This document shows, piece by piece, positions 48,570 through 57,828 of a stretch of 64,000 nt of DNA. Source of the stretch: a virus; IMG/VR virus record IMGVR_UViG_3300010354_000061, positions 14,848 to 78,847 of that record; one strand, written 5' to 3'. Under the pieces are notes generated by a model that searched no databases, was not told the DNA's origin, and worked only from the letters and a program-made list of their open reading frames with translations. Position numbers and translations under genes: made by a program. Within the stretch, counting starts at the first letter, position 1; each line of letters starts with the position of its first letter.

Positions 48570-48929
48570 CTACGCAAGCTCTTGCGAGCTCACTTCACTA
48601 AACGGAATCCGCTTCTCGCGGAACGTGATCACGCCGTCGTACTCCAACTGAGCCCGCTCAAAATCCGGCACGTAATCATCACACTCGACAGACCAGTCAA
48701 TCACGTACTCACGGAAGCCCACATTGTCCTCCTCGAACTGAGGGACCAGCGCTTCCGCGAACTTGCGGACATCACTACTACAGAGGAACCCAATCGAGAC
48801 GTCCTCGATCAAGTACTCGTGACCGCCCTTCATCTTCCAGCGGGCGTTCTCACCCGTGCCGAGGTTACCCTCAGAATCCCAAGCGTAGTTCTCTTCAACC
48901 TGCGTGCGAAAGACGATCTTCATGTGCAT
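48570..48929 (-). CDS. Conserved phage hypothetical protein
   Basis: KIV..TQ..ENY.......WKMKGG.EY. Confidence 0.6.
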   Translation of the reverse strand: MHMKIVFRTQVEENYAWDSEGNLGTGENARWKMKGGHEYLIEDVSIGFLCSSDVRKFAEALVPQFEEDNVGFREYVIDWSVECDDYVPDFERAQLEYDGVITFREKRIPFSEVSSQELA

Positions 48930-49091
48930 TCCTCAGTTGTCAATATAGACATCATAGAGAATTGTCAAAAAAAGGTCAACCCTACTTCATTCCTTTGACA
49001 TTCTTGCAGTACCACGTTCCGAGATTGAACCCGGCAACAAGGCCAAGAACTACACCTATAGCAAGAGTGAATACTGCTGTCATACTGCCTC

Positions 49092-49595
49092 CTATCGTTT
49101 GAACACGCGTGAACTGTAGTAGTACGCGTTCGCGAATGTGATCTTCAGCTCCTTCTGAATCAGCTTTGCCAAGTCGTTGTTCGACAGCGTAGCGTTAGCC
49201 TCACAAATCTCAAGAGCTCGATCCTTCTTCGTGTTGTTCTTGCCTTTACGAATGTCGGTCTTTGGTTTGTAAGTGCTCACTAACGGCTTGACCGTCTGTT
49301 GAACAATGCGTACGCGCTCAACTTCAGGAGCAGCAGCAATCAGCGACTGACACCGATGACGAGCAAGTGCTTGATCGGGCTTCTGCTTGTTGACGACCTG
49401 AGCCACCATGTACTTAGCAATAATCCTGGCAGCATCAGGATCCTTCTCAGCCTCACCGCCAAGACTCTTGATCACAGCATTCGCACGGTCATGCTGAGCT
49501 GCAAACGATTCTGGATTCTCGAGATATTCTCCGAGCTTCTGAACACCCTCAACACAATCCATACCCTTAGTGATACCATACTTTTCGAGGTTCAT
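49092..49595 (-). CDS. Hypothetical protein with C-terminal helical putative DNA-binding domain
   Basis: Behind promoter at 49646; C-term resembles that of 38226..38993. Confidence 0.6.
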   Translation of the reverse strand: MNLEKYGITKGMDCVEGVQKLGEYLENPESFAAQHDRANAVIKSLGGEAEKDPDAARIIAKYMVAQVVNKQKPDQALARHRCQSLIAAAPEVERVRIVQQTVKPLVSTYKPKTDIRKGKNNTKKDRALEICEANATLSNNDLAKLIQKELKITFANAYYYSSRVFKR

Positions 49596-49646
49596 GTATG
49601 TCCTTTCATAATTGAAAGTCCATATTACACAATTGTGACAATTAGG

Positions 49647-50171
49647 TCAACGACGTTTCCGTCTTGGGCGAAGTTGTGGTTCAGGTTTAGGTTTTGCTGC
49701 TTTTTTTGTTTCTTTCAAAATTCGCAACACTTTGGGATATACTTTCTCATATTGCTCACCAGTTTCTTTTTCAGCAATCTTTGCAATATCAACGCCACTC
49801 TTGCCAACATTCTCAACAACAATTGCTACCAGAGATTTCTTTCCAGTATCTTTGTTAGAAGGAAGTTGGTCATACTTTTCAATTGTCCATGGATTGTCAA
49901 AAACAAACTTGCGCCACTTTTCAACTATTGCATGATAATCTGTGAATGGTCTCTGGTTATTATAATCCAAAGCAAGTGTTTTGAACATGTAAATGTTTTG
50001 AGCATTGGGGTGCTCAATTGGATAATTAAGTTGAGCAAGAGCAATTTCAATATGTTTTAGTGTTGCTGGGTCATCTTGTAGCTTCAGTGTTAGATTGTAA
50101 AGTAACTGGTGATCAGACTGGCTTGGCTTTCCAATGATATTTTCAAGAGATTGCATTTCATATCTCCTCAC
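49647..50171 (-). CDS. Hypothetical protein
   Basis: Long ORF with basic C-terminus; true start may be MQSLE. Confidence 0.55.
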   Translation of the reverse strand: MRRYEMQSLENIIGKPSQSDHQLLYNLTLKLQDDPATLKHIEIALAQLNYPIEHPNAQNIYMFKTLALDYNNQRPFTDYHAIVEKWRKFVFDNPWTIEKYDQLPSNKDTGKKSLVAIVVENVGKSGVDIAKIAEKETGEQYEKVYPKVLRILKETKKAAKPKPEPQLRPRRKRR

Positions 50172-50218
50172 AAGTTTAGATATGTAGTATATAGTTATCT
50201 ACAAACAAATTATATTAT

Positions 50219-50752
50219 ATGTATTCAATTATAGAAGAACGAGCTAAAATAGTTGTCTTTTCAGGAACTGATCGCGAATACCGTTCTGAAGGCGGTAGGG
50301 GTGAGCTGTTAATGATTTGCAAGACAAAGCTCGAGGTCAAACAAAAAACAAGAAAGATGAGCAAGCCTGTCGAGTGTCCTTTTCCTTTACATTTGACAAG
50401 ACAGGATATGTTCAGGCTTGGTTTGGTTGATAAGCCGTTTGACGAAAAAACGTTGAGGAAGATGTCAGAAGCCAAGCAGGGAAACAGAAATCCTAACTAC
50501 GGCGGATTAAAAGAAAGTACAAAGCAGAAGATGTCTGCTGTCAGAAAAGGTAAGTCAGGATTTCAAGGAAAGAAACACAGACTAGAATCAAGAATGAAAA
50601 CATCCCAGTCGATGAAAGGCAAAAGAAATCTTCTTGGATGGATATGGTGTCACAACGGACTTGATGAGGAAAGACGAGTGAGGGTTGTACCACCAGGTTG
50701 GTATAGAGGAAGGATTCCTGGCTTCATGAAATCAATTAGGAAGCAACGCTAG
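50219..50752 (+). CDS. NUMOD3-repeat DNA-binding protein (homing-endonuclease-derived)
   Basis: TLRKMSEAKQG..NPNYG, TKQKMS, GKKH..ESR.K.S, W.HNG...PPGWYRGR. Confidence 0.7.
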   Translation: MYSIIEERAKIVVFSGTDREYRSEGGRGELLMICKTKLEVKQKTRKMSKPVECPFPLHLTRQDMFRLGLVDKPFDEKTLRKMSEAKQGNRNPNYGGLKESTKQKMSAVRKGKSGFQGKKHRLESRMKTSQSMKGKRNLLGWIWCHNGLDEERRVRVVPPGWYRGRIPGFMKSIRKQR

Positions 50753-51422
50753 GAATTTTTACAAGATGGCCGGGAGGAAACAATTTAAGGAGCTCCTGCA
50801 CCGTTTTTCTTTTTAGTATAAACTTTTGAAGTTCTCCTGTTTCTGTTGCAATTAAGCATAACAGACTTGGAATGTTTAAACCATATCGCTCATAGACCAT
50901 ATAGGAATAGATTGATAATTGATTGTGGTAGTTGTCAATATACTCAAGATCTTTTGGATATGTTGCTGTTTTGAAGTCTACGACATATTTAACACCATTG
51001 ATCTTTGCTACCAAGTCAGTGGTGCCTGCAAGTCTAAGATTATCGGAATAAAGCTGTAACTCTGTTCCATAGCATACTTGCATATTCTCTTTGAGAAAAT
51101 TCCAAATCAACCTGACCATTTCAGCTCTGGCTGGTGCTGCATCTTCAAACAAAGACTCCTGACCGTTAATTAGATTCTCGAGCTGTGTGTGAACATATGT
51201 ACCACGATTGGAAGCTCGTAACATTATCTTCTGAGCTTCCTTTTCTCCTACTCGCTTTCTCCACTCAAGGATGCCTGACGGCTCGTTCTCGGAAAGAAGA
51301 GTGGTCACCGACTTGTACGATTTGCCTTCTGGCGTACAATACCGGCGACCCTCTGGTGAATCAATTCGCTTGAGTTTGATTCGTTCTAATGGTTCATGCT
51401 TAAACAATCTTTTCTCTTTCAA
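50736..51422 (-). CDS. PD-(D/E)XK Cas4-like exonuclease
   Basis: R.Y.TP.G..Y.SVTT.L, WRKRVGE, RGT.VH, LAGTTDL, DFKT, QL..Y. Confidence 0.85.
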   Translation of the reverse strand: MKEKRLFKHEPLERIKLKRIDSPEGRRYCTPEGKSYKSVTTLLSENEPSGILEWRKRVGEKEAQKIMLRASNRGTYVHTQLENLINGQESLFEDAAPARAEMVRLIWNFLKENMQVCYGTELQLYSDNLRLAGTTDLVAKINGVKYVVDFKTATYPKDLEYIDNYHNQLSIYSYMVYERYGLNIPSLLCLIATETGELQKFILKRKTVQELLKLFPPGHLVKIPSVAS

Positions 51423-52077
51423 TAATATATTGCTTCACAATTCCTGATCGTACAATGTCTTCACTATTAAACTCAACCATTGAGAAACATTCAATTCGTT
51501 TCAAGATGGCTAGAAAGTCTAACAATCCTTTTCTTTCTCTTTTTTCTAAGTCGCTTTGCTTGAAGTCTCCACAAAAGATGATTCGTGAGTTACGACCAAC
51601 TCTTGTGATAATTGAGTCTAGCTCATGGAACGAAAGGTTCTGAGCTTCATCAACAAGTATGACAGAATCGTTTAATGTGATACCACGTATGAAAGAAGTC
51701 GTTATCATATCAACGACACCCTTCATCTTGAGGATGTCATATGCATCATCACGACCAAATAGGTCGCTGCAGATTGCATGATATGGTAATTCGTACGTTC
51801 TTGTCTTTTCCTTTAGAGAGCCTGGTAGAAACCCTATGTCTCTGGTAGGAACAGCTGATCGGACGATGATCAGCCTTCTATAGAGGCCTAGATTGAGAAT
51901 CTCTTTCAATGCTAGGTATGTGGAGATGAATGTCTTGCCTGTCCCTGCTGTTCCATGTAAAACTAGGTTGCTGCCTTTTTCATACTGCTGAAACGTTAAT
52001 TTCTGATTTTCTGTTAGAGGAGTGATTTTTGTTAGTGATAAGCCGGTTTTTTGTTTTTGTATTTTTTTGGCTGCCAT
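51400..52077 (-). CDS. phoH: PhoH family ATPase
   Basis: GTAGTGKT, RSAVPTRDIGFLPG, SFIRG.T, VDEAQN, ITRVG, GDFKQSD, DIVRSG. Confidence 0.93.
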   Translation of the reverse strand: MAAKKIQKQKTGLSLTKITPLTENQKLTFQQYEKGSNLVLHGTAGTGKTFISTYLALKEILNLGLYRRLIIVRSAVPTRDIGFLPGSLKEKTRTYELPYHAICSDLFGRDDAYDILKMKGVVDMITTSFIRGITLNDSVILVDEAQNLSFHELDSIITRVGRNSRIIFCGDFKQSDLEKRERKGLLDFLAILKRIECFSMVEFNSEDIVRSGIVKQYIIEREKIV

Positions 52078-52083
52078 AAGCTC

Positions 52084-52332
52084 CTACCAGTCGTTGATTG
52101 TTGATTTCGAGAAACCCCTTGAGTTGTTCTTCTTTATTTCTTTCAACAGATCACGAAACCCCGAATCAGGCTTTTTCATTCCCATTCTTACTGGGTCACC
52201 AATTGTAGCAGCAGTACCAGAGTGATGCATCTCCCACTCACCTGATGCTACCATCTCATCACGAACTGAGACAGAACAAAACTTCTCTACGACTTCGCCT
52301 GTCTTTGTATTCTTAAATTCATACGATGGCAT
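52084..52332 (-). CDS. FmdB-like small regulatory protein
   Basis: MPSYEF.N.KTGE; K.DSGFRDLL..IK. Confidence 0.65.
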   Translation of the reverse strand: MPSYEFKNTKTGEVVEKFCSVSVRDEMVASGEWEMHHSGTAATIGDPVRMGMKKPDSGFRDLLKEIKKNNSRGFSKSTINDW

Positions 52333-52984
52333 TATAAACTCCTGGAAATATAGTTGCAATTACTTTTGCACATTCTCTCGCAATCAGCATGTGCTCCTTT
52401 TGTGTACCATTAGCACTCCTCACCTCTATGTAGTGAATCCATGAACGGAGTGTACCATTTACGTACATCCGAGACATTGTGAGTCCCTCAGGTAAGACAG
52501 CTCGAGCAACTTCCTTTGCAAGGTCATGTTTAATTGCCCACTCATATACCTCTTTACAGGCATCGAGCACTTGCTGTTGTTTCTCTAGCCATACAGCTTG
52601 CAACACTTCATTAGAAGAGTTGATGGAATTTTGTCTATTGTTCGGATCTTGTAGTCGAGCTTCACGCAACTCAAACTCTAGATCTTTTGTTGGGTCAGCA
52701 TATCGTTGGCTGAACTCCTGAAACGTAAACGACCGGTGACGGAGAATCTGCCTGGCAATGTCTCTCGTCGTCTCTATCTCTAAACAAATGTTGACCATCT
52801 CAAATGGTGAGAAGTGCTTGTGTTTGAGAAGGTATTTGATTAGTTTTTCAGACGTTTCGGTGTTTAGTTGGTTGCTTGGATTTGAGACGCGTGCGCAAAA
52901 TGCTACGAGGCCTTCAATTGAAGAAATACCATCCAGCAGAAGTGTTGGGGCACTCTGCGTGTATGAAACCAAATTGACTTTCAT
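52319..52984 (-). CDS. thyX: FAD-dependent thymidylate synthase
   Basis: ARVSNP, H.SPFEM, RQILRHRSFTFQEFSQRY, KEVARAVLP, GTQKEH. Confidence 0.95.
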   Translation of the reverse strand: MKVNLVSYTQSAPTLLLDGISSIEGLVAFCARVSNPSNQLNTETSEKLIKYLLKHKHFSPFEMVNICLEIETTRDIARQILRHRSFTFQEFSQRYADPTKDLEFELREARLQDPNNRQNSINSSNEVLQAVWLEKQQQVLDACKEVYEWAIKHDLAKEVARAVLPEGLTMSRMYVNGTLRSWIHYIEVRSANGTQKEHMLIARECAKVIATIFPGVYNAIV

Positions 52985-53131
52985 TAGTCTTCGTATTCTT
53001 CGTATATGTCTTTAACGTTTCCGTTATATTTGTACTGCTTTAACTGATGATCGATGTCGTCATATTCTCTCGAGTACTGCTCACGACGTTGACGACTGTG
53101 GATATGCTTACTCTTTTCGTCAATACTACGC

Positions 53132-53620
53132 TTACGCTTTTGCTCCACTTACTTCCTCCTTTTTCTTACGTTTCACTTTCGACTTGACTTCAGGCACTTC
53201 TGCCTTCGGTTCAACCTTAATTAACCCAGGAAAAGCTTCGTTAACCAACTCAGCAGTAATGTTTGGATAAGGGATCTTCTTATCTTTTGCTGAAATAATC
53301 AACTTTGCATCTTCTGGATCAATCATCTCAAGAAAATTGATAAACAGTTGTTCTCGTTTAGCCCTTGTCAAATTTAAGTTTGCATCGAGAAACATGTACA
53401 GTTTACGAGCTTCTTGGTGAAGCCGACCATGTTGGTCAAGGGCCTCGAGAGGACGGAACGGAGGAGCTCCTTCTGGAAGGAGCCACTTGGCTCTCGGATC
53501 AAGAGCATAAAACAATACTGCCTTTACAGGATCAGATTCGTAGTACTTAAGTAATGGCACACGTTGTTCAGCAGGGGCTTTGGAAACCTCTAAAAGGATT
53601 TCCGCAATCGACTTAATCAT
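53132..53620 (-). CDS. Conserved T4-like hypothetical protein
   Basis: W.LPEG.PPF, KREQLFI..LE.I.P.DA.LI...KDK. Confidence 0.7.
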   Translation of the reverse strand: MIKSIAEILLEVSKAPAEQRVPLLKYYESDPVKAVLFYALDPRAKWLLPEGAPPFRPLEALDQHGRLHQEARKLYMFLDANLNLTRAKREQLFINFLEMIDPEDAKLIISAKDKKIPYPNITAELVNEAFPGLIKVEPKAEVPEVKSKVKRKKKEEVSGAKA

Positions 53621-54474
53621 TAGTATTCACCTATACTTTCCATTAACGTTTTCAGTTTATGTTGAATGAAGTAATTAAACAACTTTTCTCTTGTCTTGTT
53701 TGACTCCTTCTCAAACTCACTAAGGATGGCTTGCTGGACATCTTGCGGAATCATATCAAAACAAATCAGTTGAGCATTTCTATGATAGCCTCGAGCAATT
53801 GTAGGATCTTTTTCAACAAGATCCCTATCTTTGATCATTTCTTGGATTTTGGTATCACGGAGGGGCTTCTGACGTTCGCCGGTGACGAAACAATCATCAG
53901 CAGAGAGGATGTTGGGAATACCGTCCCCACGGTCACCCTTCAAAATATGTTCCATCATATAGTGTTGAGGGTTAGGATGTTTGATCGTCTTCTTACCGAT
54001 CGGGTCATATTGTTCAACATTAGCAAATTGTTGTAATTGAATAAAGTCCTTATCAGCGGACACGATAACAATTCTGCTACCACCAAACGTCTGGCCATAC
54101 TTGAAACACAACGTAGCAATAATGTCATCAGCTTCAGCACGTTCAACTGTAAGGACACGGTATGGAAAGTTGTCCTTCAGCTCTTGCCTGACCTTATTTA
54201 GGCAATCAAAGATTGCTGACCAGTTGATATCAGTAGCTTCTCTTGCCTTCTTCCTACCAGCTTTGTAATGAGGAAAAATCTCTTTCCGCCAATACTTTTT
54301 GCTGTCTGTGGCAATAACGAGCTCGCCACAATCAACAAACTTCTGACGAATGTGGCGAATCGTATTAAGAACCATATGGCGAACCAAACCCTCTTCGATC
54401 TCCACATTAGTGTGGGACCCAATTTGGGACATGATATTCGCAATCATAATTTGGTTAAAATCTATCAGTATCAT
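53620..54474 (-). CDS. rnh: T4-type RNase H (5'-3' exonuclease)
   Basis: ILID.NQ, YWRK..FP.YK..R, EADDII, IVS.DKDF.QL, GDRGDGIPN. Confidence 0.92.
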   Translation of the reverse strand: MILIDFNQIMIANIMSQIGSHTNVEIEEGLVRHMVLNTIRHIRQKFVDCGELVIATDSKKYWRKEIFPHYKAGRKKAREATDINWSAIFDCLNKVRQELKDNFPYRVLTVERAEADDIIATLCFKYGQTFGGSRIVIVSADKDFIQLQQFANVEQYDPIGKKTIKHPNPQHYMMEHILKGDRGDGIPNILSADDCFVTGERQKPLRDTKIQEMIKDRDLVEKDPTIARGYHRNAQLICFDMIPQDVQQAILSEFEKESNKTREKLFNYFIQHKLKTLMESIGEY

Positions 54475-54517
54475 AATTTATCTCCAGTGTCACATGACTA
54501 TACTGGATTTCTATTAA

Positions 54518-54787
54518 TTAGTCAATGATCTGTACGTATTTGTCGGATACTGTCTGCAAAAAATGCTCAATTTCCATGGTTCGCAGCAGCAATGATTTGA
54601 CAACCTCAAATAGCAATCCAACATCCTTAGAGTTAGTGGGCATATAACCATAGTGATTCATTGTCTCGATTGCTTGTGAAACAATAATATCAGCTGTATC
54701 CTCAACATCAGATATTGTAGACTTTCTAAGGTCTAGCTCTTTTATTCGTTTTTTTGTGAGAAAGTCAATAACCGTGTTAGATTGCAT
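54518..54787 (-). CDS. Hypothetical protein
   Basis: ORF with AAGGA RBS. Confidence 0.55.
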   Translation of the reverse strand: MQSNTVIDFLTKKRIKELDLRKSTISDVEDTADIIVSQAIETMNHYGYMPTNSKDVGLLFEVVKSLLLRTMEIEHFLQTVSDKYVQIID

Positions 54788-54802
54788 GTCGTTTCCTTTT
54801 TG

Positions 54803-55792
54803 TTATGCTTGATAAACGAACATCTCTTGGGGTAATCGTCTGCTTTCTACTGTAGGATACTGTTCTTTTAACGACATCAGAACGTCAGTCCAGTTATTTA
54901 CAATTCTTGACCAGTTGAACCTCGTGTCAGCATACATTTTAACAAGTTTGAGGTAGTTCTGAGTCTGTTCTTGTGTAACTGTTTGTATAGCGTTATTTAG
55001 TGCGTGATAGAAGATGTTTGCATGCTTTTGAGGATCCTTGTCTCCTTGATACATAAAATTTAATCCGCCAGACGTGTCACTCAGACCGCCATAGTTTGGA
55101 TGCACACACAACAAACCAGCTGACATTGCTTCCACAACACTTCGACTGTTACATTCTAACCAGATCGATGGATATGCAAGAATGTGTGAGTTCTTGAGAT
55201 GTTCACGAACAGTATCATTAGGAACAAACCCATGATAGGTCATTTGAGGATGCTTGCGAATCCTTTCATACAAAGGTTCGAATTGCTTATCAGCCTCTTC
55301 CCATCCATAGATCTTGAAACTCGAGAACACATCAAGATGAATGTTCTTGTATTTCTCAGCAAGCTTTTCAAATACAGGAACAAGAAGTGCAAGACCACGC
55401 TGAGGTGTAGAAGTGTACACGAGCCGGATCTTTTCGAAGCTTTTACGTTCGAAGTTAATCGGATCAATTGGTGTTTCTATGACAACAGCTGATTGCTCGT
55501 AAGGTATTCCACAAACAAGTTGATATCGATTGTATTGCCAGTTGCCGATAAAGGAAAGTTTATGAAATCTATTACGACTATTCAATTCTCGTAGATGGCT
55601 TGTTTCAGGATCTTCCGGAAGATCGTGTAACCAATACACACGAATCTTATCCTCTTCAATCTTTCTTACTCTTGAGCAAATAATTTGAAAGTCGTCAGTT
55701 AGCCCAGTAGGCAGCCTCTTAGCAAGCTCTCTCTTTACAGCTTCTGTTCCCCCTTGACTCTTTTCACTAATTTCATTTTCTTCAAATGGCAT
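54803..55792 (-). CDS. Glycosyltransferase, GT-B (GT4-like)
   Basis: GGTE, WLHD, YTSTP.RGL, AYPS.W.E......EAMSAG. Confidence 0.85.
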   Translation of the reverse strand: MPFEENEISEKSQGGTEAVKRELAKRLPTGLTDDFQIICSRVRKIEEDKIRVYWLHDLPEDPETSHLRELNSRNRFHKLSFIGNWQYNRYQLVCGIPYEQSAVVIETPIDPINFERKSFEKIRLVYTSTPQRGLALLVPVFEKLAEKYKNIHLDVFSSFKIYGWEEADKQFEPLYERIRKHPQMTYHGFVPNDTVREHLKNSHILAYPSIWLECNSRSVVEAMSAGLLCVHPNYGGLSDTSGGLNFMYQGDKDPQKHANIFYHALNNAIQTVTQEQTQNYLKLVKMYADTRFNWSRIVNNWTDVLMSLKEQYPTVESRRLPQEMFVYQA

Positions 55793-55794
55793 GA

Positions 55795-56736
55795 TTAGCT
55801 CCTATAATGTTTCCAAGCACTACAAATAATTTCTTCCATTGTTGAATGTTTAAACTTAAAACCAGTCCTAGTGAATTTTTCTGGATTAGCAACCATGAAT
55901 GCTTGGTCGCCAGGCCTGCGAACAGTATCCACAACTTTTAATTGACCACCAACGGTGGCTTGGAACTTGTCTGCTAGTTCCTTCACACTGACCCCATGAT
56001 ACGTACCCAAGTTGTACAGGTCATATGAAGGTGAGGTGTGATGATTGAGAGCGTGAAAGTGAGCTGCAGCAATATCAAGAACGTGGATGTAATCTCTCAC
56101 ACACGTACCATCAGGTGTATCATAATCTGTTCCGCAGACATAAAACTCCCTGTTTAATTGCATTGCAGAGCAGAGCTTTTGTAGGACATGATGAGAGTCT
56201 TTGTGGTCACCAACATCTCCATAAGCACCGGCAACGTTAAAGTAGCGAAACACGGTAACAGGAATCTGATGGGCTTTATAGACTTCATAAAGAAGTTGTT
56301 CACACATTAACTTGCTTCTACCATAAGCATTGATTGGTCCTGTTGGATCAGTTTCAACAACTGGTCCACCACTAACTTCATATGCAGCTGCTGTAGAAGA
56401 AAATACAATGTTACCTCGCCAACCTAGCATAATTAGGTTGTCAAACATTTTAGCTGTTGCACCAGTGTTGTTTTGATAATATAAGAGAGGACGAGTAAGG
56501 CTGTCAGTAATGTTAGCAGACGCAGCCAAATGAAACACTGCATCAACTTTATAGTCGACAGCCACCATAGCAACTTTTGGATCGGAACAACACATTCCGT
56601 CTATCTTAACATCGTAATAGTTGTGTTTGTGGCGTTCTAGGTCAACAGCAATAACCTTATAACCTTTTTCTTTTGCTAGCTTGCATACTACTGATCCAAT
56701 GTAACCAGCACTACCTGTGATTAGTAAAGTTTTCAT
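55795..56736 (-). CDS. galE: UDP-glucose 4-epimerase-like SDR
   Basis: TGSAGYIGS, FSSTAA, YGRSKLMCE, RYFNVAGA, DGTCVRDYIHV. Confidence 0.88.
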   Translation of the reverse strand: MKTLLITGSAGYIGSVVCKLAKEKGYKVIAVDLERHKHNYYDVKIDGMCCSDPKVAMVAVDYKVDAVFHLAASANITDSLTRPLLYYQNNTGATAKMFDNLIMLGWRGNIVFSSTAAAYEVSGGPVVETDPTGPINAYGRSKLMCEQLLYEVYKAHQIPVTVFRYFNVAGAYGDVGDHKDSHHVLQKLCSAMQLNREFYVCGTDYDTPDGTCVRDYIHVLDIAAAHFHALNHHTSPSYDLYNLGTYHGVSVKELADKFQATVGGQLKVVDTVRRPGDQAFMVANPEKFTRTGFKFKHSTMEEIICSAWKHYRS

Positions 56737-57170
56737 AATGGCATCGGAGAGTATAATGAAATTCTTTTTCTGAGTTCAGTCGAACTAAAGGAGTGTTTCC
56801 TTGAGTTGTAGACAACCTGTATTCCGTTGTCTTCACAATATCGTTGTCCAGTATAAGGCTTATGAAGATAGTCTTCACCTAGAAAGCGTACGTGGATGGG
56901 AAGTGTCCGTAACATTTCCTCAATCTCGCTCTCATGGCAGTATGGTATGATCTCGTCGACGAACTTAAGAGCCCGTAGTTGGACATATCGTTCATACACC
57001 GATTGGATTGGTTTGTTTTTCGATTGTCTTTCGATTGAGGGATCTACATGAAGACCCACAATAAGGTAATCACAATATTGTTTACACTCTTCGAGCATAA
57101 CAATATGCCCAACATGGCACAGGTCGAATGCTCCGAATGTTATACCATTTTTTAGATCTCTTGTCATCAT
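56733..57170 (-). CDS. TagD/RfaE-II-like cytidylyltransferase
   Basis: TFGAFDLCHVGH, LIVGL, KPIQ...ER, R.H..SST.LR. Confidence 0.85.
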   Translation of the reverse strand: MMTRDLKNGITFGAFDLCHVGHIVMLEECKQYCDYLIVGLHVDPSIERQSKNKPIQSVYERYVQLRALKFVDEIIPYCHESEIEEMLRTLPIHVRFLGEDYLHKPYTGQRYCEDNGIQVVYNSRKHSFSSTELRKRISLYSPMPL

Positions 57171-57439
57171 GCATCCACGTGTCTTAATGACCAACCTTTC
57201 ACACTATCAAGTCTAAACGATCGCCAAGCCTGCTTCTCGACATCCCAAACGCTCATTGTTTCTTCGTTTGGCTTCTTAATGCGATCCGTTTTCTTCTCGT
57301 ATGTATCTTTAATTAAAGCAGGATTCAACGTGCATTGCATTACCCTATCATCACCATTAGCTTTTGTGAAGACAACTGACACCACATTAGCTGATAGGTA
57401 TAACATAAGACAATCACGTAAATCATTATCTGTTGTCAT
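57167..57439 (-). CDS. WYL-like SH3-fold phage protein
   Basis: V.FTKANG..R.M.CTL, VWDVEKQAWRSFR. Confidence 0.7.
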   Translation of the reverse strand: MTTDNDLRDCLMLYLSANVVSVVFTKANGDDRVMQCTLNPALIKDTYEKKTDRIKKPNEETMSVWDVEKQAWRSFRLDSVKGWSLRHVDA

Positions 57440-57453
57440 GTCATTTCTCCAAT

Positions 57454-57481
57454 AAAAAAGGGAGCCCGAAGGCTCCCTTTG
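57454..57481 (-). terminator. Rho-independent terminator with UUCG loop
   Basis: GGGAGCC-TTCG-GGCTCCC followed by T run. Confidence 0.85.
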
Positions 57482-57496
57482 GTGAGCTATGTCAGA

Positions 57497-57757
57497 TTAG
57501 ACAAGACCCAGAGAACGAGCACGATAACCAGCAGCAACAACGCTACGGGTAGGCGTGCCAAGACGATACTTAGTCGTCTCACGACCGTTCGAGTCAACAT
57601 GACGGTTGGCGTAGATAGCCAGGCCATCGCGGAGACGGAAGTTAGAGACGGTAGCGCGCGGGTTGGCGATACCGAAACGAGCAGTGATCTGCTTTTCCGT
57701 AAGTTGCTCACCGTTAAAAAGGGCGTTCATAAACTTCAACGTGTTCTTTGCTTTCAT
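57497..57757 (-). CDS. Small winged-HTH-like DNA-binding protein
   Basis: LT.KQI.ARFGIANPRATVS..R..G, YRLGTP.R.VVAAG; GAGGTG RBS. Confidence 0.65.
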   Translation of the reverse strand: MKAKNTLKFMNALFNGEQLTEKQITARFGIANPRATVSNFRLRDGLAIYANRHVDSNGRETTKYRLGTPTRSVVAAGYRARSLGLV

Positions 57758-57828
57758 ATTCACCTCATAGTTAAGAAAATCCTGGATAATCCCAGTTGTT
57801 GCACTGTACACCATACATCTAAAATAAA

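Noticed and set aside
49299-50060. 253-aa + strand ORF and similar antisense ORFs in the track
   Set aside because: They overlap better-supported minus-strand genes that have promoters and RBSs
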